Below, in pieces: positions 12,845 through 26,899 of a stretch of 64,000 nt of DNA. How positions within the stretch are numbered: the first letter of the stretch is position 1; each line of letters opens with the position of its first letter. Below the pieces are notes generated by a model. It was not told the origin of the DNA and searched no databases. It was given only the letters and a program-made list of their open reading frames with translations. Both the position numbers and the translations under genes were made by a program. This DNA comes from the human T2T-CHM13v2.0 reference genome, Homo sapiens, in NCBI RefSeq assembly GCF_009914755.1, contig NC_060930.1, one strand, 5' to 3'.

Positions 12845-15190
12845 AGACTTATGCTTCCAGTCAAGATGGAGTAACTTGGACCACATTTATCTTCCCCTCT
12901 GAGTCAAGCAAAAAAGTGGGCAAAATATATTTTTAAAAAATTTCAAAGCAATGGACATCAGGCAACTAAGGCTAGTGATCCCTGAAGTATGGGGAACAAC
13001 TGTGGTAAGCCCTATGTCTTATTGCCTTGAAAAAGTCTCCAAATTATGGCACAGAGAGGAGTAATCTAGGTAGAGTCCAGCAAACTCCCTGAGTGGTAGA
13101 GACACTGTTGACCGTCAAGGGAGACCAGGGTGATTAGACTTCCAGAAAGAACAACAAAGAGCTGCAAAAACAGACAACACTGGAGATCTGAAGAGGATCT
13201 TTTTTGGAGTATTCAACAATTCAGTGCCTGTGTAGGAGGAAGCTATCTAGGGCTAGGAAAAGAACCACCAGAAAAGACTAGAAGGAACAGTTCACTGCAC
13301 TCACAGGGAACCAGGAGTGGAGGAGGACCAACTAGACTAGAAATGCCATAATTCACATGGATATCAGGTAGACTGCTCAGAAAGATCTTGCATCAGTGAT
13401 AGGGAATAATTATCTCTACGAGGGTGAATAATTATCTCTATATTAAACAGCTCTTCAGTCTTGCCTTTAAAAAGTTATAAAAGCAAGACCTAATAGAGTC
13501 CAACAATTTACAAGTAACTTAATGGCATTCCAGAATAAAGTTTGAGAATATTTATAGAAATAAATATGTTTATCACTTAATATGGCAAGATGCACAAGGT
13601 GGTAATCAATTCAGAATCACCAGGCATGCGAAGAAGCAGTAAAATATGATACATAACAAGGATAAAAATCAGCACATGTAAATTGACCCAGAATTGATAC
13701 AAATGTTAAAATTAGCTGTCAAAGACATTAAAACAGTTATGATAAAATGTATTTCACATAATGAAACCGTTAAGTAGACATTGATGACAAACAGTCTAAA
13801 TTGAATTTCTGAAGATAAAAGCCATAAGGTTGAGATAAAAAATAAACTAGTTGAGATTATGACAGTTTAGACACTGCAGAAAAGATTAATAAATGTAAAG
13901 ACGTAGCAACAGAAACTATCCAAAATGAACACTAGAGATAAATAAGAATTACTAAAAAAATTAAAAAGAGAAGACACAAATTTATTAGCATTAGAAATGT
14001 GAGAGGTAATATCACCGCAGATTATGCAGATATTAAAAGTATAGTAATGGACTATTATAACTATGCCAATAAATTCAACAATTTAAAGGAATTAGAAAAA
14101 TTTTTGGAAGGCAAAAACTTCCAAAGTGCACTTAAGAAGATATATGTAGTGGATACTTCAAATAATACTTTGTCTATTAAAGATATGTAAGGCCGTATGG
14201 GCTTTATCCCAGGAATGCAATATTGGTTTAATATTTAAAAATCAATCAGTGTAATTTATCATAATGACAAATTAAAAATGAAAAACCACATAATAATCTC
14301 AATAGATGTAGGAAAAACATTTAACAAAATCCAATATTCATTTCTGACCACAAAAACTCAGCTAAAGAGAAGTAGAAGAGATCTTGCTCAATTCAATAAC
14401 AGTCATTATGAAAAACCAACAAATATCATAGCAGTGTGAAAGACTGAATCATTCCTCTGAGATTAGGGAAAAGGCAAGTCTGCTCTCACCACTTCTAGTC
14501 AACATTGCACTGGAGGTTCTGGCTAATTGAACAAGGCAAGAAAAGGATAAAAGGCATTCAAATTAGAAAGAAGTTAAACTGCATTGGGATATGACATTGG
14601 TTTATGTAAATCATTTAATGGAATCTTTAAAAAGTAAATAGAAGCCATTAGTAAATAAATTCATCAATGAAAAATAATACAAAAAAGATACAGAAAAAAT
14701 TGTATTTTATTTACTAGCAATGAACAATTAGGAGTTGAAATTACAAAATCATACCCTTTGTAGTAAAAAATTACATAAATTAGATATAATCTGGCAACAA
14801 CATTAAAGACTTCTACACTGAAAATTAGAAAATCTTGCTGAGAAAACCTTGCTGAGAAAAATTCAAGAAGACTAAATAAAAAGAGACGTACACTATGTTC
14901 ATGGGATGAAGGAAGGATTCAATATTGATAAGTTATCAATTCTCCTGAAATTGATTTACCCATTTAATTCAACCTAATCTATGGGGCCTTCCTGCAACAG
15001 TAAGTGGGCCATGGTAATAGCTAGGAGGAAGACATTTTTTTACCAAGGGCCATAAGAAAATTTTAGGGGGGATGGAGAGATTCATTATTTTGACAGTAGT
15101 GACTGTTTCACAGATGCATATATCAAAACATTAAATTATCTCTTTTAAAGGCTACAATTTCTAATCAGGTTACAATAAGTCAAATTAAAA
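12845..15190 (+). mobile_element. Old L1 (L1MD/L1MC-like) with 5' end, ORF1 start, ORF2 pieces and 3' end; several internal deletions
   Basis: 5' end cttccagtcaagatggagtaac; ORF2 peptide RGNITADYADIK...YANKFNNLKELEKFLE (13999-14190); RT motif GFIPGMQ.WFN at ~14200; 3'UTR-like 15055-15185; degenerate TSD aaaaatctatttgtag / aaaaattaattttag. Confidence 0.8.
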
Positions 15191-16145
15191 AATTAATTTT
15201 AGTTACTTCTTTTTATCATGAATATTAATCTTTAAACTGTGATGAACACTATAATTTTTAAAAGTCTAACAGTAGTCTTTTGATTTTATTCATTGTATCT
15301 TTTACTGTTTATTTTTATCATTGTATAGATAATATGTCTCATCAGATACATTTATCTAGTAATTTATTTATATAATCTGCAATTCCTAGATTACATTACA
15401 ATACTGGCAAAAACTAAGGTCATATAAATATTTTCTTATATTCTATTTAATATTTAGTATTTTATTTTAAACTTCATTCAATTTAGAATTTAATCATTTA
15501 TTAATTATTTCCAAATAAATATGTTTTAATTGTTATATATGGATTATTATTGCTAGTAGTTGTACAAAATACATGATAAGCTAACACTTGTAACTTCATA
15601 GTTAAGAGAGCCCACTCTCTTTGGCTTTACGTTTGTAATTGGGTAGGGTGGTCGGACATTCATAGGTTGAATTAATTAAAACCAAAGGCATAATATGAGC
15701 TTGCATTTAAAACTGTTAATACTAATGTTAAGCCATTTAATTATTTCACATTAATGACCATCTTTTTTATACTGTGGTGCCTCAAATAGCATGTAATCTT
15801 GTAATTGAATTGGTTCATATTAATACTTGCAAAATTAGCTTGCTAGAAGAGTGATCACTAAGATTTCCAACAAAAGGTAGAAGAGTTAAATGGATGCTCT
15901 ATTTCAAGTTATGTACTGTGTGCTGCAGTTGGAAAAATGTGTTCAATCCCTACTCAGTAGTGATTATATTATCCAATTTACATTGCTATATGTACAATCC
16001 TCACTTTTTGAAATAAAAAAATAAGATTCAGATTTACCAACATAGAGATGTAGAGATGTTAAGGAATAAATAACTAGTCCACTGGATCTCTCACAGTTCC
16101 AAAGGTAAATAAGATGTTATATTTTCATCAAGCAATTTATAGTTT

Positions 16146-16453
<308 letters not shown>

Positions 16454-16589
16454 GAAATTTGTAGTTTTGTGGGGCAATGAAAACATTTTTAATAAAGATT
16501 AACATGTAAGTATTACATAGAACTTTTATTGAAGGTAGTTCCCAGTGTTGTGCTGCAATAGTAACAGATGGTTAGCACACTGCATTATG

Positions 16590-16745
16590 GAACATTTATT
16601 GAGTACTTATTAGATACTAGGCATTATGTTTTGCATGTTTTAAATCTCCAGTGTCCATATGTCTATAATGTAGGTAGTAATATTATTGACATTTTAATAA
16701 TGAGGAAGCCGACATTGAGATAAAATGTATGTCTATCAAGTAGTA
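16590..16745 (-). mobile_element. MIR
   Basis: aacatttattgagtactta...ctaggcatt...cattttaataatgaggaagc. Confidence 0.65.
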
Positions 16746-16789
16746 TAATTATGAAAACTTAAGTATTTATACAGAAATAATTATAGTGT

Positions 16790-17580
16790 TTTAATGTTAT
16801 ATAAAAGTACTGTGGGTTTATAGAAGAAAGTCTGAGGGCATGGAGGAGCCATAGTAGAGAAAACGTAGGTAGAATCTGGGTGACAGAAAAGAGGCAAATC
16901 ATGATAGGAGAAACCATATGTGTAAAGGGACAATGTATTTTTTAAATAACTGTGCAGGAAGTATTACTTTTAGATGAGTGGTGTATAGGACTGGGTGAGC
17001 TTAGAAGGGAAAGGGAATTAGCTTGGAAAGGTAGTTTGGAAGCTGACTGTGAAAGTAAGATTCTTTGGAGTTTGAAATGAAACCTCTGCAGGCAAACGGA
17101 TTACAAAGGCTTTTTATCTAGAGTGCTTTTGAAAGACAAGAATTGAAAAGGAGTAGAATTGTCTCCTAAACTACTGACTTTATATAACATGCTAGAAGAT
17201 GGAAAACAAAAACGGACCAATTCAGAGTGCAATTTTGGAGATATTAAACAAGGAAAGAATGGCACTCCTAGGCAGGTGTTCAAGTCCAAATCATAGCACT
17301 CAAGGGGCTGCAGCAAACTGGAATAGGTTGGGCCAGTAATCATCTTTAAGGGTGTTAGTGAGCAGCAGGGATTTAGGATTATTGGTAACATATATTCTTG
17401 GTATCAAGTAGCACTGGGTTAGGTATTGAGTCTGTAGGTTTGAAACTCAGGAGATAATTTGAAACAAGAGTTTTTGGTGTCATTCACAAGTTGGTGAGAA
17501 TGACAGCTAGTAGAGCAGAGGATATCACCCAGAAACTTCAAAGAGAAAGAGACAGATGAGCCACAGACTAAACACTGTTT
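16790..17580 (-). mobile_element. L2 fragment
   Basis: gtttgaaactcaggaga, ggtgtcattcaca, gaggatatcacccag resemble antisense L2; diverged. Confidence 0.55.
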
Positions 17581-20500
17581 TCCTGGATTTCTTAGTTAGG
17601 TTTTTTTTTTCAAGCTGTTCTCTTATATGTGTGCAAAATGAAAAACTTTGGGGAAGATTTCAAATAAATCTCTAGCATCCTGATGTTATTCACCACTTCC
17701 ATTATCCTTAGCAATCATCTAGTGCTTATCCAGGAGCAGGGTCTGATTGACCCTATGTCACTCAGAAGAAACTGCCTAAGATTAGGATTATGGACAGTTT
17801 TAGGTTACTAACTTTGTCAATGAATAGCTGGGTAAATAGGAAAATTTCCTTAACTTTTCAGAGGCAAGAGTAACAACAACAACAATAATAATATAATATT
17901 ATTCAGCTTTTAAGGTCCTTAGGAGAATAAATGATAATAAATGGAAAGTACAACTTTGGCACATAATAGATTTACAGATTTATTTTCAAAAAACATATGG
18001 TATAAATATTATAAGCCAAATATTGGTAATATTATTATGAAAAAGTAACTATTTTTACTCTCAAGCAGCATAAAATCTAAATGACAAATTATCCTATAAG
18101 ACATATAGTCATGTCAATGTTAGTCATCAAAATTTCAGAAGTACTCTCAACTAGGTACTGACAAATTCAAAAAAGTGGTGCTTGGTACCCAAAGTGTTGT
18201 TATAGAAACCTTTTACGTAGTCTCCAAGTCAACTATCTTGAGACTATTGCTCATTTAAATATATATAAAATAACATTCTGCAATCTTGAAAATACAATTT
18301 CCTTAATTGTCTAAAGTAAAGAACTGATTGCCCAAACTCCCCAATCTATTGCTTGAACACCCTAAAAATTTGGTAGCCCAAGGTAGTCTTGTAATCACAT
18401 TCATAATCAATCACTTTGAAAACACAGGTTGACTCAATTCACAATAAATCGATGAAAGTATGCTGTAATGCATAATACCATATAATGCCCATCTGTTCCA
18501 TAGAAAATGGGAAAACACAAAGATGACAAATTTATTTTAATTCTTACAGCTGAGATTTTCAATCAGCTATAAAATTGTGGCATGTGATAGTTATCTATCT
18601 ACAAATTAAGTAGGCTATGAAAGCAGATAATTATTGGAATCTGTTATGCAGATACAGAGATTGATACAGTGACCTCACTGAGCTCTGCCCAATCTTGGAT
18701 ACTGCTTACACAGTATCTTTGAAAGATATGAAGTATTTTTCTGGTGGTCAGAGGAAATACCTGCTGGGTTCTGCTTACTGCTTGCATTGACAAGTCATAC
18801 AAATCATGTTCTTGTGTTTACCTTATTATATAAAATGCTGAGAATTTTCACAGGAGAAATGAAGTTTCCTACAGAAAACAATGTGATTGTTATCAACTCA
18901 CATTTTGATTGCCTATTCAAATGCAGCATATAATGCAACAATTCTTGTTGGCTTCTGTATTCAAATTTATGCTTGCTTAGTAATTGTAGTCTCTGGAACT
19001 TATTTGGTGTAAACTGCTAAGCAAAGCTGAATGAATTCAAGAGGAAATAATTCCTTATTCCTTCTTCTTATTTACAACTTTCCAATCCTCAGAGGAGAAA
19101 AACACTATTTTCATGATAAAATTATAAAATCACTGTGTGGAAATAGGTTAGTAAAGAGGAATTATGAGTCTATTATTTGTATAATTCTCATTCTATTGAT
19201 GCATGAGTATTTTAAGTACTAAATTATTCATATTGTTATTCACAATGATCAAATATCATACAATTACTTCATTTTATTTACTCTGACTCTACTCACAATA
19301 CATTTTTCTGCATATTTTAAGATGATATAATCATAACAAATATTCATTTTAATAGAGTGGCACTGTATGCAATGGATTTAAAAGAGGATTACATGCAAGC
19401 CATTACATTTTAGCAATATAGATAGAACAATTATTCATATAGGACATATATGTTTTCTTAGGTTTTATCATGCTTGAGTTTTCTACCTATGTTTAAAGAA
19501 AAGATAATTTATGATATATCCCATATTTATGGCTGAAAATTAGATTTTATGATGCTTTAGAAACATATTATAAAACTAGGATTGTTTGTTATACTATAAA
19601 ATTTATTTTCTTTCTGATTCCCTTTTCCATTGTTATCATTATTTTTTAAGACTAGTGGAAGCTCTTTGGTAGTGAAATTTGAAAGGGAAGAGTAATACTT
19701 ATCACACAATATCATATTTTAACAGTTACATAAAAATTACAAGTCTGCTACAAGCAAATTTCCTTCCTCTAAAGATGGCTGCCAAAAAACATTCAAATTG
19801 GGCAAGGAAGTACAATATCAATCTATGGGAAAGTTGAATATAATGTAGGTTTGCTCCTGTGTGGTTATAAAAGTCACCAGAAAACAATGGGAAGAAGTGC
19901 TGAAGTGGGAAGCCATAAAGCAAATATGGGGTTGTGTAATCTTTTAATTTCAAGTAATTACCAGAAAAAATAACTTTGGAAAAATATTCTAATTTTACTG
20001 ATGGTTGTACTATAGTAGTAAAGTCTTCATACTGATTTTTCATAGCTGTCTTTTAACAGGTGTGATAGAGGCCAAAATTAAAAGTGAACATCAGTTTTTC
20101 AACCTGCACCAATTTGGCTTAAGGAATATTTTATTACAGTAACTAATTTTCATCACTTAGTCATCATAATAGCAATGTAATGTGAGTCTGCCCAAAGGCC
20201 GTTCCACCACCTGTATACCTGTTATTTAGTAAGACCTCCCTCAGTCATTCACATTAAACTTGCTGGGAAATAGGAGGAAAATCCAGAGATATTAAGAAGA
20301 TTCTGGCAGTTTGAAACATATCACAAAGAGAGATAAAATTGCTTACTCAAAATGCACTAGTTTAGTATGACCCTCTGATGTTATTAAGTTCCTGAAATAT
20401 AACAAAAAACACACTGCAAATCTGGATTCCATTATAAGCAGAAAACTAAAAAGCTAAAAAGAGATATTATTTTCCTTCAACAAATGTTAATCTACATTTC

Positions 20501-20637
20501 CTACAGATATATATTATATTCAAAATTGTTAGATGAAGTTGTTTGATTTAACATAAACGTGTCATCTCTGGGTTGCCTCAGTCTCCTCATCCATTAAATA
20601 CATAATCACAACTATTTTATTTCTTAACCTCCCTCCT

Positions 20638-21033
20638 TCCTATGGTCTGAATGTGCCTGCCAAAATTCATATGTTAAAACTCCATTGCCAATGTGATAGT
20701 ATTAAGATGTAAGGCCTTAAAGAGGTGATTAAGTCATGAAGGCAGAGCCTTCATGGATAAAATTAGGGTCCTCATAAAAGGGCATGAGGGAGGGGGTTCA
20801 TTGCCTTCCACCCCTTCTGCCACTTAAGGACACAGTATTCAGACCCTGCAGAGGATGCTGGAACAAGATGCCATGTTGGAAGCAGAGAGCTGACTCTACC
20901 AGACAACAAACCTGCAGGCACCTTGATATTAAACTCCCCAGGCTCCAGGACAATGAGAAATAAATTTTTCTTCTTTATAAATTACTGAGTCTGTGGTATT
21001 TTGTTATAGCAGCACAAATGGAGTAAATTAACA
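20638..21033 (+). mobile_element. MaLR solo LTR (MSTC/MSTD-like)
   Basis: ctatggtctgaatgtg...gtgattaagtcatga...gccatgttggaagcagagag...gagaaataaattt...ggtattttgttatagcagcacaaatgga...aca. Confidence 0.85.
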
Positions 21034-21233
21034 CCTTCTTCAAATCAAACATCTTATGACTTACGATTTCTATTTGTAAAGACAATGAAACAGAAGTGTT
21101 AAGAAAGAACTAGTTCTCATAATTGGCAATTCTTATATGAAATGCTCAAGGGGAATAACTTCTAGTTATCACTGTGTGCCAAGTGTAGACTTTCTGAATG
21201 TATTGGGAAGTGATAATGGACCCTATACCGCCC

Positions 21234-21235
<2 letters not shown>

Positions 21236-21286
<51 letters not shown>
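21236..21286 (+). repeat. Uninterrupted (A)51 homopolymer
   Basis: Direct count. Confidence 0.97.
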
Positions 21287-21289
<3 letters not shown>

Positions 21290-21291
21290 TA

Positions 21292-21457
<166 letters not shown>

Positions 21458-22413
21458 TCAACATAAGTCAAATGAAAATTAATAAAGAGACTAATAATAA
21501 ATACAAATAAAGGATGAGTTTACCTAAGCAACTTAGTTCATGAGTTGCCTGGAGGAAGCTAAGTATCAGGCTTTAGTAGAGCTCTGTTTCATTTAAATGT
21601 TAAACCTAATACCACATTTTTTACTCAAAGAAAGATTATTCAAATTTAACAACTGCAATTTTTCTACTCAGGTGGATAGAAATATTCTGGTGACAATTTT
21701 TGTTTCAAATAAGCAACTCTTCTGCATATGTAATAAAATACCACCTAATTTTACATAATAATGTGAATCAACAAAAAATTCAATCATATTACACATATAC
21801 AATAAAATATTTTTATATTCATCCTTATAATGAAAAAAATACTTATATTTTGTTAAAAATATAAGAAGTTTCATCCAAAATACTACTTACGCATCTTCAC
21901 TGAAAATCACTATAAGAAAATAGGGCTTGATTCCTTACATACTACATGAAAGGAGCTAAATAAAATTGATTTAGAGTATATGTTCATAAATCCGTAACCC
22001 TCTGAAGGTCATTTACTGAAACTTTCAGGTAACTAAACTTTTTATAAAGGTTGGAAGTTTTATAAAAGATGAAAGTATAGTATTACCCAAAAGAAACTAA
22101 AGAAACCTGAAATGTTGGACTTAAAAACTATATAAAATATTAAAGATGTTAAGAATATATACATACACACATATATATGTGCTAAAGATATATATATACA
22201 TAATCCTTAACACTTGATAACATATTATCACTTATATAAAAATATACAATATTCAAAGAAGAATTTAAGTGGTTTTATATGCTCATTTATTAGTAATAAA
22301 GCTTTAAATATAATTTTATGCTTTTGAGAGAGTATTGCAAACTAGCCAATTTTTAAAAATTGACAGATTAAAATTGCATGCTTTTACTGTGTACAACATG
22401 ATGTTTTGAAGTA

Positions 22414-22929
22414 CAGTTACCCTTGAACAACACAGGTTTGAACTGCTCAGGTCTACTTATATGCAGATTTTTTTTTAAAGAAAAGTTGCACTGAGTGTGT
22501 CTGCCTATCCTGCCTCCTCTTCCACGTCCTCCACCTCTTCTGCCTCTGCCATCCCTGAAACAGCAAGACCAACCCATCCTTTCCTCCTCCTCCTCCTCCT
22601 CAGCTTACTCAACATGAAGACAACAAGGATGAAGATTTTTATAATGATCCATTTCCACTTAATAGTAAATATATTTTCTCTTTCCTCTGATTTTCTTAAT
22701 AACGTTTTGTTTTCACTAGCTTACTTTATTGTAAGAATACAATATATAATATGTATAAAATTTTAAAAATGTGTCAATTGACATTTTTGTGTTTATGTTA
22801 TTGGTAAGGCTTCCAGCTAATAGTAGGCTATTTGTAGTTAAGTTTTTGGAGAGTCAAAGTTATACATTGATTTTCGACTGTGCAGGAAGTCAGCACCCCT
22901 AAGCCCCTATGTTGTTTAAGGGTCAACTA
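22414..22929. mobile_element. Tigger2-family non-autonomous DNA transposon (Tigger2a/MER28-like)
   Basis: TIRs cagttacccttgaacaaca / tgttgtttaagggtcaacta, TA target duplication. Confidence 0.9.
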
Positions 22930-23237
22930 TACATATACATTGTGGAATGGTTAAATCTAGCTAATTAACAAATATGTTAGTTTACATAGTTATAATTTTT
23001 GTAATGAAAGAATGTAACATTCACGTTCTATGTTTTTCAGGAATACATCATCATTATAGTCACCTGGCGGTACAACACATCTCTTGAAATTTATTCCTCC
23101 TATCTAACTGTAATTATGTATTTTTTGACCAACATCTCTCTCTCCGCTAACCACTCCAGCCACTCATAACCATCATTCTACTCTCTATTTCCGTGAGATC
23201 AACATTTTTAGATTCCACGTAAGAGTGAAGTCATACA

Positions 23238-23529
23238 GGCCGGGCACGGTGCCTCACGCCTGTAATCCCAGCACCTGGGGAGGCTGAGGCAGGCGGATCA
23301 CGAGGTCAGGAGATCCAGACCATCCTGGCTAACACGGTGAAAACCCATCTCTCTAAAAATACAAAAAAATTAGCCGGGCGTGGTGGTGGGCACCTGTATT
23401 CCCAGCTACTCGGGAGGCAGGAGAATGGCGTGAACCGGGAGGCGGAGTTTGCAGTGAGCCGAGATCAGGCCACTGCACTCCAGCCTGGGCGACAGAGCAA
23501 GACTCTGTCTCAAGAAAAAAATAAAAAAT
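23238..23529 (+). mobile_element. AluY
   Basis: Y diagnostics gatcacgagg, atcctggctaacacggtg, gagaatggcgtgaacc; perfect 17-bp TSD aagagtgaagtcataca. Confidence 0.95.
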
Positions 23530-23707
23530 AAGAGTGAAGTCATACAGTATTTGTATTTCTGTACTTGGCTTCTTTCCATTAAAATACTGTCCTACGGGTT
23601 CATCCCTGTTGTTGCAAATGGTAGGATTTCATTCTTTTTATGTATGAATTGTATTTCATTGTGTATATAGATCACATTTTTTAACCCATTCATCTATTGA
23701 TAGACAC

Positions 23708-24087
23708 TGTATTAATCTGTTCTTGCAGTGCTATAAAGAAATACCGGAAACTGGGCAATTTATAAATAAAAGAGATTTAACTGGCTCACGTTTTCACAGG
23801 CTGTACAGAAAGTATGGGTGGGGAGGCCTCAGGAAATTTCAGTCATGGCAGAAGGCAAAGGGGAAGCAGGCACATCCTACATGGCTGGAGGAAGAGGAAG
23901 AGAGAGAAGGAAGGTGGTGCTACACACTTTTAAACAACCAGAACTCCTGAGAACTCACTGTCAGGAGAACAGTCAGGGGGAAATCTGCCCCTTTGTTCCA
24001 ATCACCTCCCATGAAGTCCCTCCTCCAACACTGAGGATTACAATTTGACATGAGATTTCAGTGAGAAAACAAATCCAAGTCATATGA
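23708..24087 (-). mobile_element. MaLR solo LTR (MSTA-like)
   Basis: tgtatta...gctataaagaaatacc...ggggaggcctcaggaaa...gattacaatttgacatgagattt; perfect 5-bp TSD gacac. Confidence 0.92.
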
Positions 24088-24192
24088 GACACATAGCTTG
24101 ATTGTATATCTTGGCAATTGTGACTAGTGCTGCAAAAAACATAGGAGTGCAGATATCTCTTTGACATACTGATTTCAATTCCTTTGAATATA

Positions 24193-24526
24193 CGTTATGC
24201 ACTGCTTAACCATGGGGATACATTCTGAGAACTATGCCATTAGGTGGTTTCATCACTATCCAAACATTGTGGAAGGGATTTACACAAACCTAGATAGTAT
24301 AGCCTACCACACACCTAGGCTTATATAGTATAGCCTATTGCTCATAGGCTCTAAACCTGTTCAGCATGTCAGTGTATTGAAAACGGTAGGCAACTGCAAC
24401 ACAATGGTAAGTATTTGTGTATCTAATCAGAAAGGCATAGTAAAAATACAGTATTATAATTTTATGAGACCACCGTGTATATGAAATCTATAATTGAATG
24501 AAATATTGTTATGCAGTATATTGCCA
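24193..24526. mobile_element. Tigger3a (MER7A-like) DNA transposon
   Basis: ggggatacattctgagaa...tacacaaacctagat.gtatagcctac.acacacctaggct...caatggtaagtatttgtgtatctaa; TA flanks. Confidence 0.88.
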
Positions 24527-26899
24527 TATAACCAATAATATGGATTGCTGGATCATTTGGTAGTTCTATTTTTAAGTTTTTAAGGACCTTCCATATTATT
24601 TGCCATAAGGACTGTACTAATTTACATTTCTACCAACAGTGTATAAGGGTTCCATTTTCTCCATATCCTCATCAAAACTGGCTTTCTTTCATAATTTTTT
24701 GATAATGGACACATGGACATTCTAACTGGGGTGATGTGATTTGTGGTTTTGATTTGCATTAGTGATGTTGAACCTTTCTTTCATGTACTTGTTTGCCATT
24801 TGTATATCTTCTTTTGAGAAATGTCTGTTCAGGTCTTTTGCCCATTTTTTAATGTGAGTTATTTGTCGGGTTTTTTTTTGCAGTTGAATTGTTTGAGTTT
24901 CTTATATATTTTGGATATTAACCCCTTGTCAGATATATACTTTGCAAATGTTTTCTTTTTCTTCTGTAGCTTGTCTCTTTACTCTGTTGTTTCCCTTGTT
25001 GTGCAGAAACTTTTTGGTTAGATGTAATTCCATTCGTCTGTTTTTGCTTTTATTGCTTGTGCTTTTGAGGTCTTATCCAAAAAATCCTTGCCCAGACCAA
25101 TGTCATGAAGCATTTCCCCTAGGAGACTAGCTAATTTTTAAATCTAACAGAAAAGTGAGATATCACACTGATACAAGCTGTAATAGAGTATATGCATTGT
25201 CAGTCTAGGATACTTATAAACATACCCAATAAATAACATCTATTCAAAGTCAGTAGATTATCTTTTCACTATGAATTGTACAATCCAGTGTAACATAAAC
25301 TTGTATTTATTTAGTTTTGATATTAATAGGTCAATTTTCTTGACTAACAGAAAAATAGTTAAGAATGTCATAATTTACTATATTAGAAACTAAAAGAAAT
25401 AAACTTCATGTTGTGATTGTATTATTATTACTTTAGTGGAAGGAAGAATGCACTCAGAATCCCAAATTGGGGTAACAGGAACTTGCAGTTTAAGAATTCT
25501 TGCAGAGTTACTGGAAAAACAATTCAGGAGATTGAGGATTTACAGGGATGTAAAAACAGACACCTAGACAATTAGGAAAAGCACAGAAGACTGAGTAAAC
25601 CCATGGGATTTCTTTAGGGAAACTGGAGTGATCTCAAGAGCTTCATCATTGCTACTAAGTATGGCTTCTAACAACTTTGTCTGTCTCTCACAATCAGTTT
25701 CTTCCATTCTCTCTCACAATTGCCTTGCCATTTGAGGTGCTCTGAATTTTTAGAGTTCTAGCAAGAAAGGAAGAAGAATTGTGGATGAAGGGGAGTCAAA
25801 CTTGTATGAACCCTCTTTCTATTTCTAAAACCCCTAATTTGTCGCTAAGGAAATTTAGGTAGATTCTTGAGGGTTGGAATTTCTATACCGACATTTAAAA
25901 GAGGGAGTAGAGGGCATGAGGTAGTAAATGTTCCCTAAGAGATAGCATCCCTGGAATGTAGGAAAGTATCAGTGAATTTTGAATGAAAGATGTTTAAAGC
26001 TCATTTATCCTTCTTTTTCCCCTGACCATTGCCAGTATCACCTCTGTCAAGTCTGTCCTGGACTAACAACAGGACAAGAGAAAGAGAAATAATGGCTAAG
26101 GGATATCCAGCTAGCAAAGGCATGAATCAGTGGAACTCAGCATGACTGGTGGTGAAAGAAAGCCCACGTTATTCTTCAGGGATCATCCATGAACAATACT
26201 TTGCATTGCAGAGGTCAGAACATGCATGAATGCTTAACATTTTATTACCCAAACAATTACAGTCACAGTTAATTATCTGAGGTTTTACAATACTATCATA
26301 GAAATTATGCACATTACTCTTCAAATGGGAAACAAATTCCCCTGAGTGACATTGCTTTGCTCAGTGCTGCTAAATCTTCAGTATTATTTATGTTCTGCAC
26401 AGTGTGTTAGGATTGAATGAGGGTTGTGAGACAATTTAGTGCAATCTACTCATTTTAAAGTTAGTGAAATATGAGAAATAGTAAGATAAAACCCATTTAT
26501 TTAAGGTCAAAGATGGAGATAAATTGCATGGTTCTGCACCACATCTTTATTTTGGGAAACAAAATTGAATTTCAGAGACCATCAGAGAATGACAATCTCA
26601 TCATATTGATTTCATCATAGTTTATACAATAATAATGTTAAAATGGAAATTTCTAGTTCTTCAATACCATTTTATGTCCTCCTTTTCCAGATGTAAATTG
26701 AATGTCCATCTTTCTAATTCATGATTTTAAATTTTAAATCTATCTCTATTCTATCATCTGTCTATGTACCCAGAAACAAGAAACCATGTATACTCTGAAA
26801 TCTTTTCGCAATGTGCCCTTTCAGTTTTTAGTCAAAACTGTTCTTAAAGCTCTATCTATATTGACACATATAAATATGGTATGTACATACATTTTACCT

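Larger units (their letters stand above)
22355..25122 (-). mobile_element. L1MA (L1MA6-8-like), 5'-truncated, split by four nested insertions
   Basis: Antisense L1 3'UTR/ORF2 end is collinear across the inserts; TSD actagccaatttttaaa (22341-22357) / actagctaatttttaaa (25126-25142). Confidence 0.9.

Noticed and set aside
13999-14190. ORF with real protein similarity
   Set aside because: Remnant of L1 ORF2p within a dead element, not a host gene.
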